A DNA stretch of 64,000 nucleotides, taken from NCBI GenBank assembly GCA_046331665.1, contig JAXLQK010000019.1, forward strand, positions 20,692 through 84,691, written 5' to 3'. This DNA is from Terriglobia bacterium (lineage in GTDB: Bacteria; Acidobacteriota; Terriglobia; Versatilivoradales; Versatilivoraceae). A program made the position numbers and the translations under genes. Shown in pieces: positions 20,258-30,029 of the stretch (the first letter of the stretch is position 1; every line of letters begins with the position of its first letter). Below the pieces are notes generated by a model. It saw nothing but the letters and a program-made list of their open reading frames with translations. It was not told the DNA's origin and did not search any database.

Positions 20258-20423
20258 ATTCGTGGATTTAATTGTTGGACAGACTGGGGAGTTTCTCGGG
20301 AAAGCGCGGCTGAGGCCCCTAGCATCCGCACACCCTGACTTTTAAGCTCAAGGGGTAGAGCATGCCTGAATTGACAAATCCTCCCAGGGGACTCGAAGGT
20401 CCCCTGGCAAGTCATTGGCAGAA

Positions 20424-22340
20424 TCACTTCTTCTTCTCGTCAACTTCGTCATAATCTGCGTCGATGATTTCCCCTTCAGCAGGTTTCGAATTCGCCGAAG
20501 ATCCCGTTCCTGCAGCCCCCGCTGCGGCCCCCGGCTGGGCCCCTGCCTGCTTGTAAAGGACATCCGCCATTTTGTGAGTCGCGGAGGTGAGCCGCTCCAC
20601 GGCCGCGTTGATGCGATCAGCCCCGCCCTCTGCAATGGCGCGCTTGCATTCTTCCAAAGCGGATTCAATAGATTTGGCATCGGCCTCGGAGACCTTTTCC
20701 CGATTCTCTTTGAGCAGCTTCTCCGTGTTATAAACCAGGGAATCGGCGCGATTCTTGGCTTCGACTTCCTCACGATATTTCCGGTCCTCCTCAGCATGGG
20801 ACGATGCATCCTTGGTCATACGGTCAATCTCATCCTTGTTTAAGCCGCTCGTTGCAGTGATCGTGATCTTTTGCTCTTTGGAAGTCGCCATGTCTTTCGC
20901 CGACACATTGACGATCCCATTGGCGTCAATATCGAAGGTCACTTCGATTTGAGGAACTCCTCGAGGGGCAGGAGGGATCCCTACCAAATGAAATTTCCCC
21001 AGTGTTCGGTTGTCCCGAGCCATGCTTCGTTCCCCTTGAAGCACGTGGACTTCTACCGATGTCTGGTTGTCCGCAGCCGTTGAAAAGATTTCGCTCTTCC
21101 GCGTCGGGATCGTCGTATTTCTGTCAATCAGCTTCGTGAACACACCCCCCAGAGTTTCAATCCCCAGGGACAATGGCGTCACATCCAGGAGGAGAAGATC
21201 TTTGACATCCCCTGCTAATACCCCTGCTTGAACCGCCGCTCCAATGGCTACGACTTCATCAGGATTGACTCCCTTGTGAGGCTCTTTCTTGAAGAGATCG
21301 CGCACAATTTGCTGAACTCTGGGGATGCGCGTCGACCCCCCAACCAACACGACTTCGTCAATCTCTTCCGGCTTCACTCCGGCATCGGAAAGCGCCTGCT
21401 TACAGGGATTCGCACTCCGCTGCAGGATGTCTTCTACCAACGCTTCGAATTTCGCACGAGTCAGCTTCATGCTCAAGTGACGCGGACCCGAGGCATCGGC
21501 AGTGATAAAGGGTAAATTGATCTCTGTTTCCAGGACACTGGAAAGTTCCATCTTCGCTTTTTCGGCTGCTTCTTTGAGACGTTGCAGTGCCATCTTGTCC
21601 TTGGAGAGATCAATGCCTTGATCCTTGATAAATTCATCAACGATCCAATCCATCACCCGTTGATCAATATTGTCTCCCCCGAGATGGGTGTCGCCATTCG
21701 TGGACTTCACCTCGACAACGCCTTCTCCTACCTCCAGGATCGAGATGTCGAAGGTTCCCCCGCCAAAATCGTAGACCGCAATCGTTTCATCCTTTTTCTT
21801 GTCCAATCCGTAGGCAAGCGCAGCCGCCGTCGGCTCATTGACGATGCGCAAGACCTCCAACCCAGCAATCTTGCCGGCATCTTTGGTGGCCTGCCTCTGA
21901 GAATCGTTGAAATAAGCGGGCACAGTAATGACCGCCTTGGTCACTTTCTCCCCCAAGTATTCTTCTGCAGCCTGCCTCATCTTTTGCAGGATCATTGAAG
22001 AGATCTCTGGAGGACTATATTCCTTTCCCATAACAACAACTCGAGCATCGCTGTTGGATGCCCGGGCCACCCGGTATGGAACGATCTTCATTTCTTCATT
22101 TACTTCATCATATTTTCGTCCCATGAACCGCTTGATCGAGTACACTGTGTTTTCGGGATTGGTCACCGCCTGACGCTTGGCAACCTGGCCCACCAGCCTT
22201 TCCCCATTCTTTGTAAAGGCTACGACCGACGGCGTCGTGCGACTCCCTTCAGGATTCGTGATGACTATGGGTTCCCCACCCTCCATCACCGCAACCACCG
22301 AGTTCGTTGTACCCAAATCTATTCCGATAATCTTACTCAT
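20424..22340 (-). CDS. dnaK: Molecular chaperone DnaK (Hsp70)
   Basis: [22 protein letters not shown] and the full Hsp70 architecture. 638 aa. Confidence 0.97.
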   Translation of the reverse strand: MSKIIGIDLGTTNSVVAVMEGGEPIVITNPEGSRTTPSVVAFTKNGERLVGQVAKRQAVTNPENTVYSIKRFMGRKYDEVNEEMKIVPYRVARASNSDARVVVMGKEYSPPEISSMILQKMRQAAEEYLGEKVTKAVITVPAYFNDSQRQATKDAGKIAGLEVLRIVNEPTAAALAYGLDKKKDETIAVYDFGGGTFDISILEVGEGVVEVKSTNGDTHLGGDNIDQRVMDWIVDEFIKDQGIDLSKDKMALQRLKEAAEKAKMELSSVLETEINLPFITADASGPRHLSMKLTRAKFEALVEDILQRSANPCKQALSDAGVKPEEIDEVVLVGGSTRIPRVQQIVRDLFKKEPHKGVNPDEVVAIGAAVQAGVLAGDVKDLLLLDVTPLSLGIETLGGVFTKLIDRNTTIPTRKSEIFSTAADNQTSVEVHVLQGERSMARDNRTLGKFHLVGIPPAPRGVPQIEVTFDIDANGIVNVSAKDMATSKEQKITITATSGLNKDEIDRMTKDASSHAEEDRKYREEVEAKNRADSLVYNTEKLLKENREKVSEADAKSIESALEECKRAIAEGGADRINAAVERLTSATHKMADVLYKQAGAQPGAAAGAAGTGSSANSKPAEGEIIDADYDEVDEKKK

Positions 22341-22415
22341 TTAACGCTCCTCTCAAGAAATCTCCAAGCCATGCACAACAATTACTAAGCTACTAGATCG
22401 TCATAAGACGGCAAA

Positions 22416-22444
22416 AATATAATATCTGAGTATGTCATTGTCAA
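22416..22444 (-). promoter_or_regulatory. Sigma70-type promoter for the dnaK operon (TTGACA-N17-TATATT on the minus strand), overlapped by an inverted repeat
   Basis: The minus strand reads TTGACA (22444-22439), a 17-nt spacer, then TATATT (22421-16), about 70 nt upstream of the dnaK ATG. The inverted repeat CTGAGTATG (22426-34) / CATACTAAG (22460-68) spans the spacer and -35. An ACTCAAG HAIR half-site lies at 22496-22502. Confidence 0.5.
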
Positions 22445-22639
22445 ATCTTATTAGCTGCGCATACTAAGAGTCTATTCCCTGCCATTCTTCTTGTGACTCA
22501 AGGGCTTACGAGATCCAAGACTTTCATAGGATAGCCTTGGACCGAGCATATAACTTATTCGGATCTCCAGCTCTTCCCTGGACAGCTCAACCTGACGACT
22601 GAAGATCTCCGACAGAGGCGTCGGAAGGCCTAAATTGAA

Positions 22640-24964
22640 TTGAATCATGATCCTTCAGGCCCCCAGTTCCGGTTTTTCCTGGATTCTGTCCTTTATTTTG
22701 AGATTGTTTCTTGCTATTTATTGGTCGATAGTGCCATGGCATCCATATCGATACACACATCAAAAGAAAAAATTATTAGAATTCTTATCTTCTTGGTTTT
22801 ATTGTTTTGTTCGGTAGCCTTGGGAGCCTTTGCCGGCCTACTGATCGTATATAAGAGTGATTTGCCGGAAGTCAGGTCGCTGGAGAATTATCAACCCAAT
22901 GTAATTACAGAACTCTATTCGGATGACGGAAGAATCATTGGCACATTTGCCCTCGAACGACGGATCATTATCACTTACGACCAGATTCCGAAGCTGCTGC
23001 GCGACGCCTTGATCTCGGCTGAAGATAAGAATTTCGAAACTCATTGGGGTATTGATCTGAGGGGGTTGGCCAGGGCGGCGATCAAAGACCTGCTTGCCTG
23101 GAAGAAGAAGCAGGGAGCAAGTACGCTCACGCAACAACTGAGTCGGCGTTGCTTCTTAACCACCGAAAAGAGCTTCAAACGAAAATTTCAAGAATTTCTG
23201 TTCACGATTCAGATCGAGCGGCACTACTCCAAGTCCCAAATCTTGACGTTTTACTGCAATCAATTCTTCCTCGGGCATGGAACCTATGGATTCGAGGCAG
23301 CTTCTCAATTTTATTTCAGCAAGAATCTTAAAGACTTGAGGCTGGAGGAAATTGCCTTGCTGGCTGCCTTGCCAGCGACCGCCCATCTTTATTCGCCGAT
23401 TAACCAGCCCGAGAAGATCAAGATCCGCCGCGATTACGTTTTGGATCGAATGGTGGACGACGGGAAAATCACCGTCGCGGATGCTGAGCGCGCCAAGAAG
23501 GCTCCCATGGTGCTTCAGATCTCTTCCCGGCAGAACTCTTTGGCGCCTTATTTTGCCGAAGAGATTCGTAAATATCTTGAGCAAAAGTATGGATCTGAAG
23601 CCGTCAACGAGCGGGGACTGCGCGTTTATACAACCCTCAATCTGGAAATGCAACAGGCGGCCAATCTCGCGGTCCGGCAGGGATTGGAAAATTTCGATAA
23701 ACGCCACGGGTGGAGGGGAGTTTCGAAAAATGTGTTGAAGCTAAAGGGGACAACGCTGCAGTCTTTCGTCCATGAGGACTGGAAGAAGCCAAAGGTGGTC
23801 GGGGCGCAGTTGACCGGGTTGGTTCTGGCCGTGAAGCCCAAGTTGGCGCGGGTTCGATTCGGAGACTACGAGGCTCAACTGAGTGATGCGGACATCAAGT
23901 GGACAGGACGAACTTCGGTGTCGGAGCTGTTGAAACCGGGGGACCTGGCACTATTTCGCATCAAGAAGATCGAGCCAGCCAGGAAACAATTGACTGTTGA
24001 GCTTGATCAACGTCCGGAAGTTCAAGGGGCGCTGGTTGCCATCGACGCCACGAACGGAGAAATTAAAGCGATGGTGGGGGGATATGATTTTGAGTCGAGT
24101 AAGTTCAATCGGGCCACCCAGGCCTATCGCCAAACTGGATCCGCATTCAAACCTTTTGTCTATACTATGGCGGTCGATCAGGGAATGTCCCCTACCGACA
24201 CGATTGTGGATAGTCCGATTTCCTACCCGAGCAACCAGGGAGTCTGGACGCCTCAGAACTATGATCACAAGTTTGAAGGCACCATCACGTTGCGGCGGGC
24301 TCTTGCCCAGTCGAGAAATATTCCCGCCGTCAAGTTGCTCAGCAAATACGGGGTCGACCTCGGCATTGATTACGTAAAGAAGTTTGGGGTGACCAGTCCC
24401 AATCTGGCGCCGTATTTACCCTTAGCCTTGGGTTCTGCCGAAATTACCCTTTTGGAGATGACTTCCGCCTATTCAGTTTTTCCCAATGCTGGAGTGCACA
24501 TACTCCCGCGATTCATTCGACGGGTAACAGATTACAGCGGTGAAACCAGGGAAGAAAACCTCATCGACATCAAGGAGGTCGTCTCCCAGAAAACGTCCAA
24601 GATGATGGTTGACCTGTTAGAGGGAGTCGTGGAATTCGGAACCGCCCAAAAAGCCAAGGCTTTGCAAAGGCCCATTGCAGGCAAGACAGGTACGACCAAT
24701 AACTATACCGATGCCTGGTTTATCGGCTTTACACCTTCTCTGACCTGCGGGGTTTGGGTTGGGTACGATCAAAAGAAACCCTTAGGCAAGGGAGAAACCG
24801 GCGCCAGGGCCGCTCTTCCCCTTTGGATTGATTTCATGCAACAAGTCCTGAAAAATAAACCACGAGAGGAATTCACCTTGGTGGATTCGGGAAAGATCGT
24901 ATTGCCTCAGCCAGTCGACACGGACGACAAGGCTGCAGGAGATGGGGAGACCGCTCCAGAATGA
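22640..24964 (+). CDS. mrcA: Class A penicillin-binding protein (PBP1A; glycosyltransferase plus transpeptidase)
   Basis: GT51 motifs (EDKNFETHWGIDL, RQGASTLTQQL) and transpeptidase SxxK/SxN/KTG motifs (STFKPF, SRN, KTGTT). The N-terminal TM is ILIFLVLLFCSVALGAF. The start may be the later ATG at 22736. Confidence 0.85.
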   Translation: MNHDPSGPQFRFFLDSVLYFEIVSCYLLVDSAMASISIHTSKEKIIRILIFLVLLFCSVALGAFAGLLIVYKSDLPEVRSLENYQPNVITELYSDDGRIIGTFALERRIIITYDQIPKLLRDALISAEDKNFETHWGIDLRGLARAAIKDLLAWKKKQGASTLTQQLSRRCFLTTEKSFKRKFQEFLFTIQIERHYSKSQILTFYCNQFFLGHGTYGFEAASQFYFSKNLKDLRLEEIALLAALPATAHLYSPINQPEKIKIRRDYVLDRMVDDGKITVADAERAKKAPMVLQISSRQNSLAPYFAEEIRKYLEQKYGSEAVNERGLRVYTTLNLEMQQAANLAVRQGLENFDKRHGWRGVSKNVLKLKGTTLQSFVHEDWKKPKVVGAQLTGLVLAVKPKLARVRFGDYEAQLSDADIKWTGRTSVSELLKPGDLALFRIKKIEPARKQLTVELDQRPEVQGALVAIDATNGEIKAMVGGYDFESSKFNRATQAYRQTGSAFKPFVYTMAVDQGMSPTDTIVDSPISYPSNQGVWTPQNYDHKFEGTITLRRALAQSRNIPAVKLLSKYGVDLGIDYVKKFGVTSPNLAPYLPLALGSAEITLLEMTSAYSVFPNAGVHILPRFIRRVTDYSGETREENLIDIKEVVSQKTSKMMVDLLEGVVEFGTAQKAKALQRPIAGKTGTTNNYTDAWFIGFTPSLTCGVWVGYDQKKPLGKGETGARAALPLWIDFMQQVLKNKPREEFTLVDSGKIVLPQPVDTDDKAAGDGETAPE

Positions 24965-26088
24965 AGGTAGCGCTAGACATCCGCAAACTAAACGATTTTG
25001 GGATCGGCACCTATATCCGGAATCTGGTGGTCCATCTCGCCAAGTTGGACAAGGAAAGTTCGTATTTTCTCGTCGGAATTCCCCGGGATACGGCGGAATT
25101 GGGTCCATTGCCTCCGAACTTCTCATTCATTGCAGCCTCTCCTTTGCAGAGTTCGCTGTGGAATGAGTGTGCCCTGCCTATTCTGCTCAAGAAGAATCAA
25201 GTTCAGGTCCTGCACACGCCGCACTACACCCCTCCCTATTTTCTGTTTTGCAAGTCCATCATCACCATTCACGATTGTGTTCATATCCTTTTCCCTGTTT
25301 CCAAAGAGAGCGGGGGTAGGGCTAAAAAGGCAACGCGAAGGGCAATCAAAAGAAGCAGCCATGTGTTTACGGTCTCAGAAGCCACCCAGCGGGATTTAAT
25401 TCGGCTTTTTGGTCTTCCGGAAGAAAAAATCAGCGTCGTCTATAACGCCATCGATGAACGCGTGACCTTGTCCAATCCCCCGGATGATGATCGCAAAGTT
25501 CTCGAACGCTATCAAATCCATGACCCCTTTCTTCTCTATGCTGGAAACATCAAGCCCCACAAAAATCTGGAGCGTTTGATTGAAGCTTTCTCCGTCTTGA
25601 AGGGGGAGTTGAAAGAGGACGAGCGGTGGAAAAGTCTGAAACTCGTCATCATCGGGGACGAACTCTCGAAACGCCAGGCGCTGCGTCGAACGGTTATTCG
25701 CAGCGGCGTACAGCATGATGTGCGTTTCTTCGGCTTTGTTCCCTATGAAACGTTGCGGGTTTTCTATAAATCGGCCGAGGTATTCGTTTTCCCTTCCCTC
25801 TACGAGGGGTTTGGATTACCTCCACTGGAAGCCATGGCCACTGGGACCCCAGTCTTGACTTCCAATATTTCCTCGCTCCCTGAAGTTTTGGAAGACGCAG
25901 CCCTTTTTGTGAACCCGGAAAATGTTTTTGAGATTTGCAAGGGAATCAAACATCTCCTTTATGACACGCAGCTCCGAACCGAACTCATTGAAAAAGGGTT
26001 TCATCAGTCCAGTAAATACTCCTGGTCAACCAGCGCGCAACTCGTTCTGGAGACCTATCGGAAAATCGCCGGGAACACGTCCTTCTAA
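24961..26088 (+). CDS. Group 1 (GT4) glycosyltransferase
   Basis: GT-B fold. The C-terminal EX7E-like region is FVFPSLYEGFGLPPLEAMATGTPV. The start overlaps the PBP stop (ATGA). Confidence 0.8.
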   Translation: MKVALDIRKLNDFGIGTYIRNLVVHLAKLDKESSYFLVGIPRDTAELGPLPPNFSFIAASPLQSSLWNECALPILLKKNQVQVLHTPHYTPPYFLFCKSIITIHDCVHILFPVSKESGGRAKKATRRAIKRSSHVFTVSEATQRDLIRLFGLPEEKISVVYNAIDERVTLSNPPDDDRKVLERYQIHDPFLLYAGNIKPHKNLERLIEAFSVLKGELKEDERWKSLKLVIIGDELSKRQALRRTVIRSGVQHDVRFFGFVPYETLRVFYKSAEVFVFPSLYEGFGLPPLEAMATGTPVLTSNISSLPEVLEDAALFVNPENVFEICKGIKHLLYDTQLRTELIEKGFHQSSKYSWSTSAQLVLETYRKIAGNTSF

Positions 26089-26121
26089 GCCCTCTCCTTC
26101 AAAATTTTGCGGACTCGCTCC

Positions 26122-26137
26122 GGCCGAAGCTTCGGCC
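26122..26137. terminator. Perfect 16-nt palindrome GGCCGAAGCTTCGGCC between convergent genes (candidate bidirectional terminator hairpin)
   Basis: Read directly from the sequence. It sits between the GT4 stop (26088) and the Nudix stop (26155), with a T-rich tract downstream. Confidence 0.35.
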
Positions 26138-26154
26138 CGATTGCCCTCCCCCTT

Positions 26155-26586
26155 TCATTTCCGTTTTTCCCTAAATAGCTCACGAAGGACTTCCCCAGTT
26201 CCTTGGGTCAGATCCAGACTGTCGAGAGAGTCGATGTCAAAGTACGCCGCCTCAGCAGCATCCGAAGCTGGACGGGGGGTACCTGATTGGATTTCGCAAA
26301 GGTAGTCGATAATGACATAGTGAAAGGAGATCTTCCCGCGGGAATCCCGAAAGATGCGCTCCAAAACCTTGCCCACCCGGATGGGGCAAATTTGGATTTG
26401 CAATTCCTCCCTGAGCTCCCGTTTAACAGCCTCTTCCAGCGTTTCACCCAAGTCAACGGCACCACCTGGAATCGACCATTTCCCTTGAGCAGGCGGCTTA
26501 CCGCGTTTTACGAGCAGCACTTGATTTCCTTTGAATATGATTCCTCCCACCGCACAAACGGGAGCACGTGGATAGACTCGACTCAT
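26155..26586 (-). CDS. NUDIX hydrolase
   Basis: Nudix box GGAVDLGETLEEAVKRELREELQI. Confidence 0.85.
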   Translation of the reverse strand: MSRVYPRAPVCAVGGIIFKGNQVLLVKRGKPPAQGKWSIPGGAVDLGETLEEAVKRELREELQIQICPIRVGKVLERIFRDSRGKISFHYVIIDYLCEIQSGTPRPASDAAEAAYFDIDSLDSLDLTQGTGEVLRELFREKRK

Positions 26587-26756
26587 CGTTCCCTCGATTC
26601 GTATCAGCTTCGTTCCTCTGGTTCGGATCCATGAACCCCTCGACTCTGATGATCCTCATCTTTTTTTGTGACAAAAGATTTTTCTATCTTCGCATGTTTG
26701 CCGTTCAGTTCGCTTATAATTTCCGGAAGGAGAATTCTCAACTTGAGGGAGTGCGG

Positions 26757-27431
26757 ATGGGGAAATCATATCGACGGTCAGGCTTGACGAAGAAGCAGTT
26801 TCAACTCTTCTCTTTCGTTCAGTCCTTTCTCGAGGAGGAAGGATATTGCCCGAGTATCGAAGAAATTGGAAAAAGCCTCGGACTCTCCTCGACGGCCACC
26901 GTTCATAAACATCTCAGTAACCTGGAAGCCAAAGGGTATCTCCGTCGTGAACGAAATCGGAGCCGATCGATTGAGATCCTGCAGGCTCTGCCCAGCCCTC
27001 CGACCAGGGACCTCCCAGGAAGGCGGGAACTCACCCCCGATGGCCGGCAGATGTTGTCCCTCCCCCTGAAGGGCCGAATTGCCGCTGGAAAGCCGTTAGA
27101 GGCTGTCTCCGGCGATGAAACCCTCTCCCTAAGTGAGTTCTCCGAAAATGAAAGGGTTTATGTGTTGCAGGTGAAAGGCAACTCCATGGTCGATGATCAT
27201 ATTTGTAATGGCGACTATGTGGTTGTTGAAAGAGTTTCGACAGCCAATCCGGGTGATACGGTGGTGGCACTGTTAGGTAACCATGAGGCCACTCTCAAGA
27301 AATATTTTCGTGAGAAAGGCAGTCTTGTTCGGCTGCAGCCAGCCAATACGTCGATGCAGCCGCTTTTCGTTCCGGAGCAAGAGGTGAAAATACAGGGGCG
27401 TGTCATCGCGGTCTTACGAAAGTATCAGTGA
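26757..27431 (+). CDS. lexA: LexA repressor (S24 peptidase)
   Basis: Winged HTH (FQLFSFVQSFLEEEGYCPSIEEIGKSLGLSSTATVHKHL). The cleavage and catalytic region is VKGNSM...GDTVVALLGNHEATLKKY. The ORF-track start at 26568 is an out-of-context extension. ATG 26757 has GAGGGA 6 nt upstream. Confidence 0.85.
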   Translation: MGKSYRRSGLTKKQFQLFSFVQSFLEEEGYCPSIEEIGKSLGLSSTATVHKHLSNLEAKGYLRRERNRSRSIEILQALPSPPTRDLPGRRELTPDGRQMLSLPLKGRIAAGKPLEAVSGDETLSLSEFSENERVYVLQVKGNSMVDDHICNGDYVVVERVSTANPGDTVVALLGNHEATLKKYFREKGSLVRLQPANTSMQPLFVPEQEVKIQGRVIAVLRKYQ

Positions 27432-27454
27432 CGAGACGGAAGAGAGGCTTTAGG

Positions 27455-28630
27455 ATGGAGGAAGGAATCCGCAAAGTCATTTTTCATGTGGATATGGATG
27501 CGTTTTTTGTTTCCGTTGAAGAGCTCTTTGACCCTGGCTTAAAAGGAAAAGCGGTCATTGTCGGTGGGAAGCCGGATCAGAGAGGGGTGGTTTCTGCCGC
27601 CTCCTATGAAGCCCGGAAATTTGGGATTCATTCCGCCATGCCTTTAGTGACTGCGAAGCGACTCTGTCCTCACGCAATTTTTCTCCCGGGGCGGCATAAG
27701 ACATACGCGCAATATTCGGAGTGGATCCGTCACCTCCTGGAATCTTACAGCCCGATTGTGGAAATGGTCTCCATTGATGAGGCCTACTTGGACCTCACCG
27801 GATTCCAGCGCACTTACGGTCATCCCCAAGCCTTGGCCGAACGTTTGCGAAATCATTTGCTGGGTGAGACCGGGCTCAGCGCCTCGGTGGGGATATCGGC
27901 AAGCAAACTTGTCTCGAAAGTGGCTTCGGATTTGGCTAAACCCAAGGGAGTCCTTTACGTTCTTCCGGGTCATGAGGCAGCCTTCCTGGGGTCCCTGGGT
28001 GTCGGGAAATTACCGGGAGTAGGAAAGGTGACTCAGCAAAGACTCCGCGAACTGGGGATCTCACGGGTTGGGCAACTGGCGGAAATGGGGACAAACTCCC
28101 TTCGAGAGTTATTTGGAAGGTGGGGAGAGTCTCTCTATCAGAAATCCCAAGGAATGGATACGGCCCATTTCGAGTTTCGTAATGAACCCCAGTCGATCGG
28201 CCACGAACACACCTTTGACCGGGACACAGGAGATTCCGAGGAGATCCAGAAAACGATCGCCATCTTAGTCGACAAATGCTGCCATCGTTTGCGGAAACAT
28301 CGAATGTTTGCCAAAACGGTGAGGTTAAAAATACGTGATCAGAAATTCTATACCCAAGTAAAAGCCCTAACCTTGCAGGAATCGACACAGCTGGATGTAG
28401 AAATCCTGCATGGCGCCTTGACGCTTCTCGAACGGCATTGGAAGCAGGGCACCAAACTTCGCTTGGTGGGGGTTTCCTTGTCAGGACTCGATTTCAATGC
28501 AGGTCAAGAAGCGCTTTTTTCCCAAGACCGTCGAGACAAGATGCTGCGGCTCCATCAGGCAGCCGATCGGGTGCGAAAGCGCTACGGGTTCGAAGCAATC
28601 CACTCCGCCCGAACATCGAAAGAACGGTAA
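27455..28630 (+). CDS. dinB: DNA polymerase IV (Y-family, DinB)
   Basis: IFHVDMDAFFVSVE...SIDEAYLDLT is the Y-family palm. The little-finger domain is present. ATG 27455 has a GAGAGG RBS and lies 23 nt after the lexA stop. Confidence 0.85.
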   Translation: MEEGIRKVIFHVDMDAFFVSVEELFDPGLKGKAVIVGGKPDQRGVVSAASYEARKFGIHSAMPLVTAKRLCPHAIFLPGRHKTYAQYSEWIRHLLESYSPIVEMVSIDEAYLDLTGFQRTYGHPQALAERLRNHLLGETGLSASVGISASKLVSKVASDLAKPKGVLYVLPGHEAAFLGSLGVGKLPGVGKVTQQRLRELGISRVGQLAEMGTNSLRELFGRWGESLYQKSQGMDTAHFEFRNEPQSIGHEHTFDRDTGDSEEIQKTIAILVDKCCHRLRKHRMFAKTVRLKIRDQKFYTQVKALTLQESTQLDVEILHGALTLLERHWKQGTKLRLVGVSLSGLDFNAGQEALFSQDRRDKMLRLHQAADRVRKRYGFEAIHSARTSKER

Positions 28631-28631
28631 G

Positions 28632-30017
28632 ATGAAAAGAACCGCCATTGAAATCGTCAGGAAGCTCCGTCAGGCAGGTTTCCAGGCCTACTGGGTAGGC
28701 GGGTGCGTTCGCGATTTGGTGATGGGCCACTCCCCCACCGACTACGATATTGCCACGAGCGCAACCCCCGAGGAGCTATTTCATTTGTTCCCGCGAGGAC
28801 TGGCCGTGGGAGCCCAATTCGGGGTGGTCATCATCCCCGAAGAAGGGAATCTCTATGAAGTTGCCACGTTTCGCTCCGAAGAGAAATACACCGACGGACG
28901 ACACCCCGATCGTGTGCGGTATACGCTTGATCCGCGCGAGGACGTGCAGCGAAGGGATTTCACCATCAACGGTCTCCTTTATGATCCCTTGGAGGAAGAG
29001 GTCATTGACTATGTCGGGGGGCAGTCAGACATCCACTCGCGCATCATTCGAACCATTGGAGATCCTTGGCGCCGGTTTGAAGAAGACCGGCTCCGCTTGA
29101 TTCGGGCCGTGCGTTTCGCTGCTCGTTTTGACTACCAAATTGAGACCAATACCTGGCAGGCCCTGTCTGAACTTGCCCCGAATATCGAGCAAGTTAGCCC
29201 GGAAAGAATTCGTGATGAACTGATCAAGATTTTGACTCAGGGCTATGCGGCACGAGGCATGACTCTCTTGGACTCTTGCGGTCTACTGCGCATCATCCTC
29301 CCGGAAATAACCCATTTGCATGGAGTGGAGCAGCCACCGGAATTTCACCCCGAGGGCGATGTTTGGATCCATACGATCCTGATGCTCGGATTGATGGATC
29401 AGCGGACTCTTGAAGGAAGAAGGGAGCCCAGCTCGGACTCTCTGGAGGAATCGGGACCGAACCCGCCCTCTTCTTTGAGTTCTTATCCGTCCCCCACTTT
29501 GGCCCTGGGCGTATTGCTCCATGACATTGGTAAGCCGGAAACGTTTGAGCGCTCGGATCGCATTCGCTTTAACAACCATCCCGAAGTAGGCTCCCGCATG
29601 GCCGTGGGGATCTGCGAACGCCTCCGCTTTCCCACCAGGCAGGTCGCAAGGATCTCTGAACTCGTTCGGGATCATCTCAGATTCAAAGATGTCCCCCAGA
29701 TGAAACTGTCAACCCTGAAACGCTTCTTACGAAGGGACGGGTTTGCCGAACATCTGGAATTGCATCGCTTGGACTGCCTGTCCAGCCATCGCAATCTGGC
29801 AACCTGGCAGTTCCTTACAGAAAAAATGAACGAGATGGGACCCGAGGAAACCCGGCCCAAACCTCTTCTTTCTGGTAATGATCTGATACGGCTTGGATTC
29901 CTCCCGGGGCCTAGGTTCAAGGAGATTCTTAAATCGGTTGAGGACGCCCAGTTGGATAATGTGGTGAGCTCCGAGGAAGAAGCGACAAAATTTGTCCTCG
30001 AGCACTTTTCTAGGTAG
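28632..30017 (+). CDS. cca: CCA-adding tRNA nucleotidyltransferase (Pol-beta NTase head plus HD domain)
   Basis: GGCVRDLVMG...DYDIAT head motif and an HD domain (HDIGKP...). ATG 28632 is 1 nt after the dinB TAA. The ORF-track N-terminal extension from 28497 overlaps dinB and is rejected. Confidence 0.8.
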   Translation: MKRTAIEIVRKLRQAGFQAYWVGGCVRDLVMGHSPTDYDIATSATPEELFHLFPRGLAVGAQFGVVIIPEEGNLYEVATFRSEEKYTDGRHPDRVRYTLDPREDVQRRDFTINGLLYDPLEEEVIDYVGGQSDIHSRIIRTIGDPWRRFEEDRLRLIRAVRFAARFDYQIETNTWQALSELAPNIEQVSPERIRDELIKILTQGYAARGMTLLDSCGLLRIILPEITHLHGVEQPPEFHPEGDVWIHTILMLGLMDQRTLEGRREPSSDSLEESGPNPPSSLSSYPSPTLALGVLLHDIGKPETFERSDRIRFNNHPEVGSRMAVGICERLRFPTRQVARISELVRDHLRFKDVPQMKLSTLKRFLRRDGFAEHLELHRLDCLSSHRNLATWQFLTEKMNEMGPEETRPKPLLSGNDLIRLGFLPGPRFKEILKSVEDAQLDNVVSSEEEATKFVLEHFSR

Positions 30018-30029
30018 GCCAATAGAACA

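Noticed and set aside
22340-22640. Canonical HspR HAIR operator (CTTGAGT-N7-ACTCAAG) upstream of dnaK
   Set aside because: Only an ACTCAAG half-site is present. I report a different inverted repeat as a candidate instead.
26568-26756. N-terminal 63-aa extension of the lexA ORF
   Set aside because: It would overlap the divergent Nudix gene start and has no homology. ATG 26757 has a good SD and gives a normal-length LexA.
28497-28631. N-terminal 45-aa extension of the cca ORF (MQVKKRFF...)
   Set aside because: It overlaps the dinB 3' end in another frame. ATG 28632 immediately follows the dinB stop and begins the conserved NTase N-terminus.
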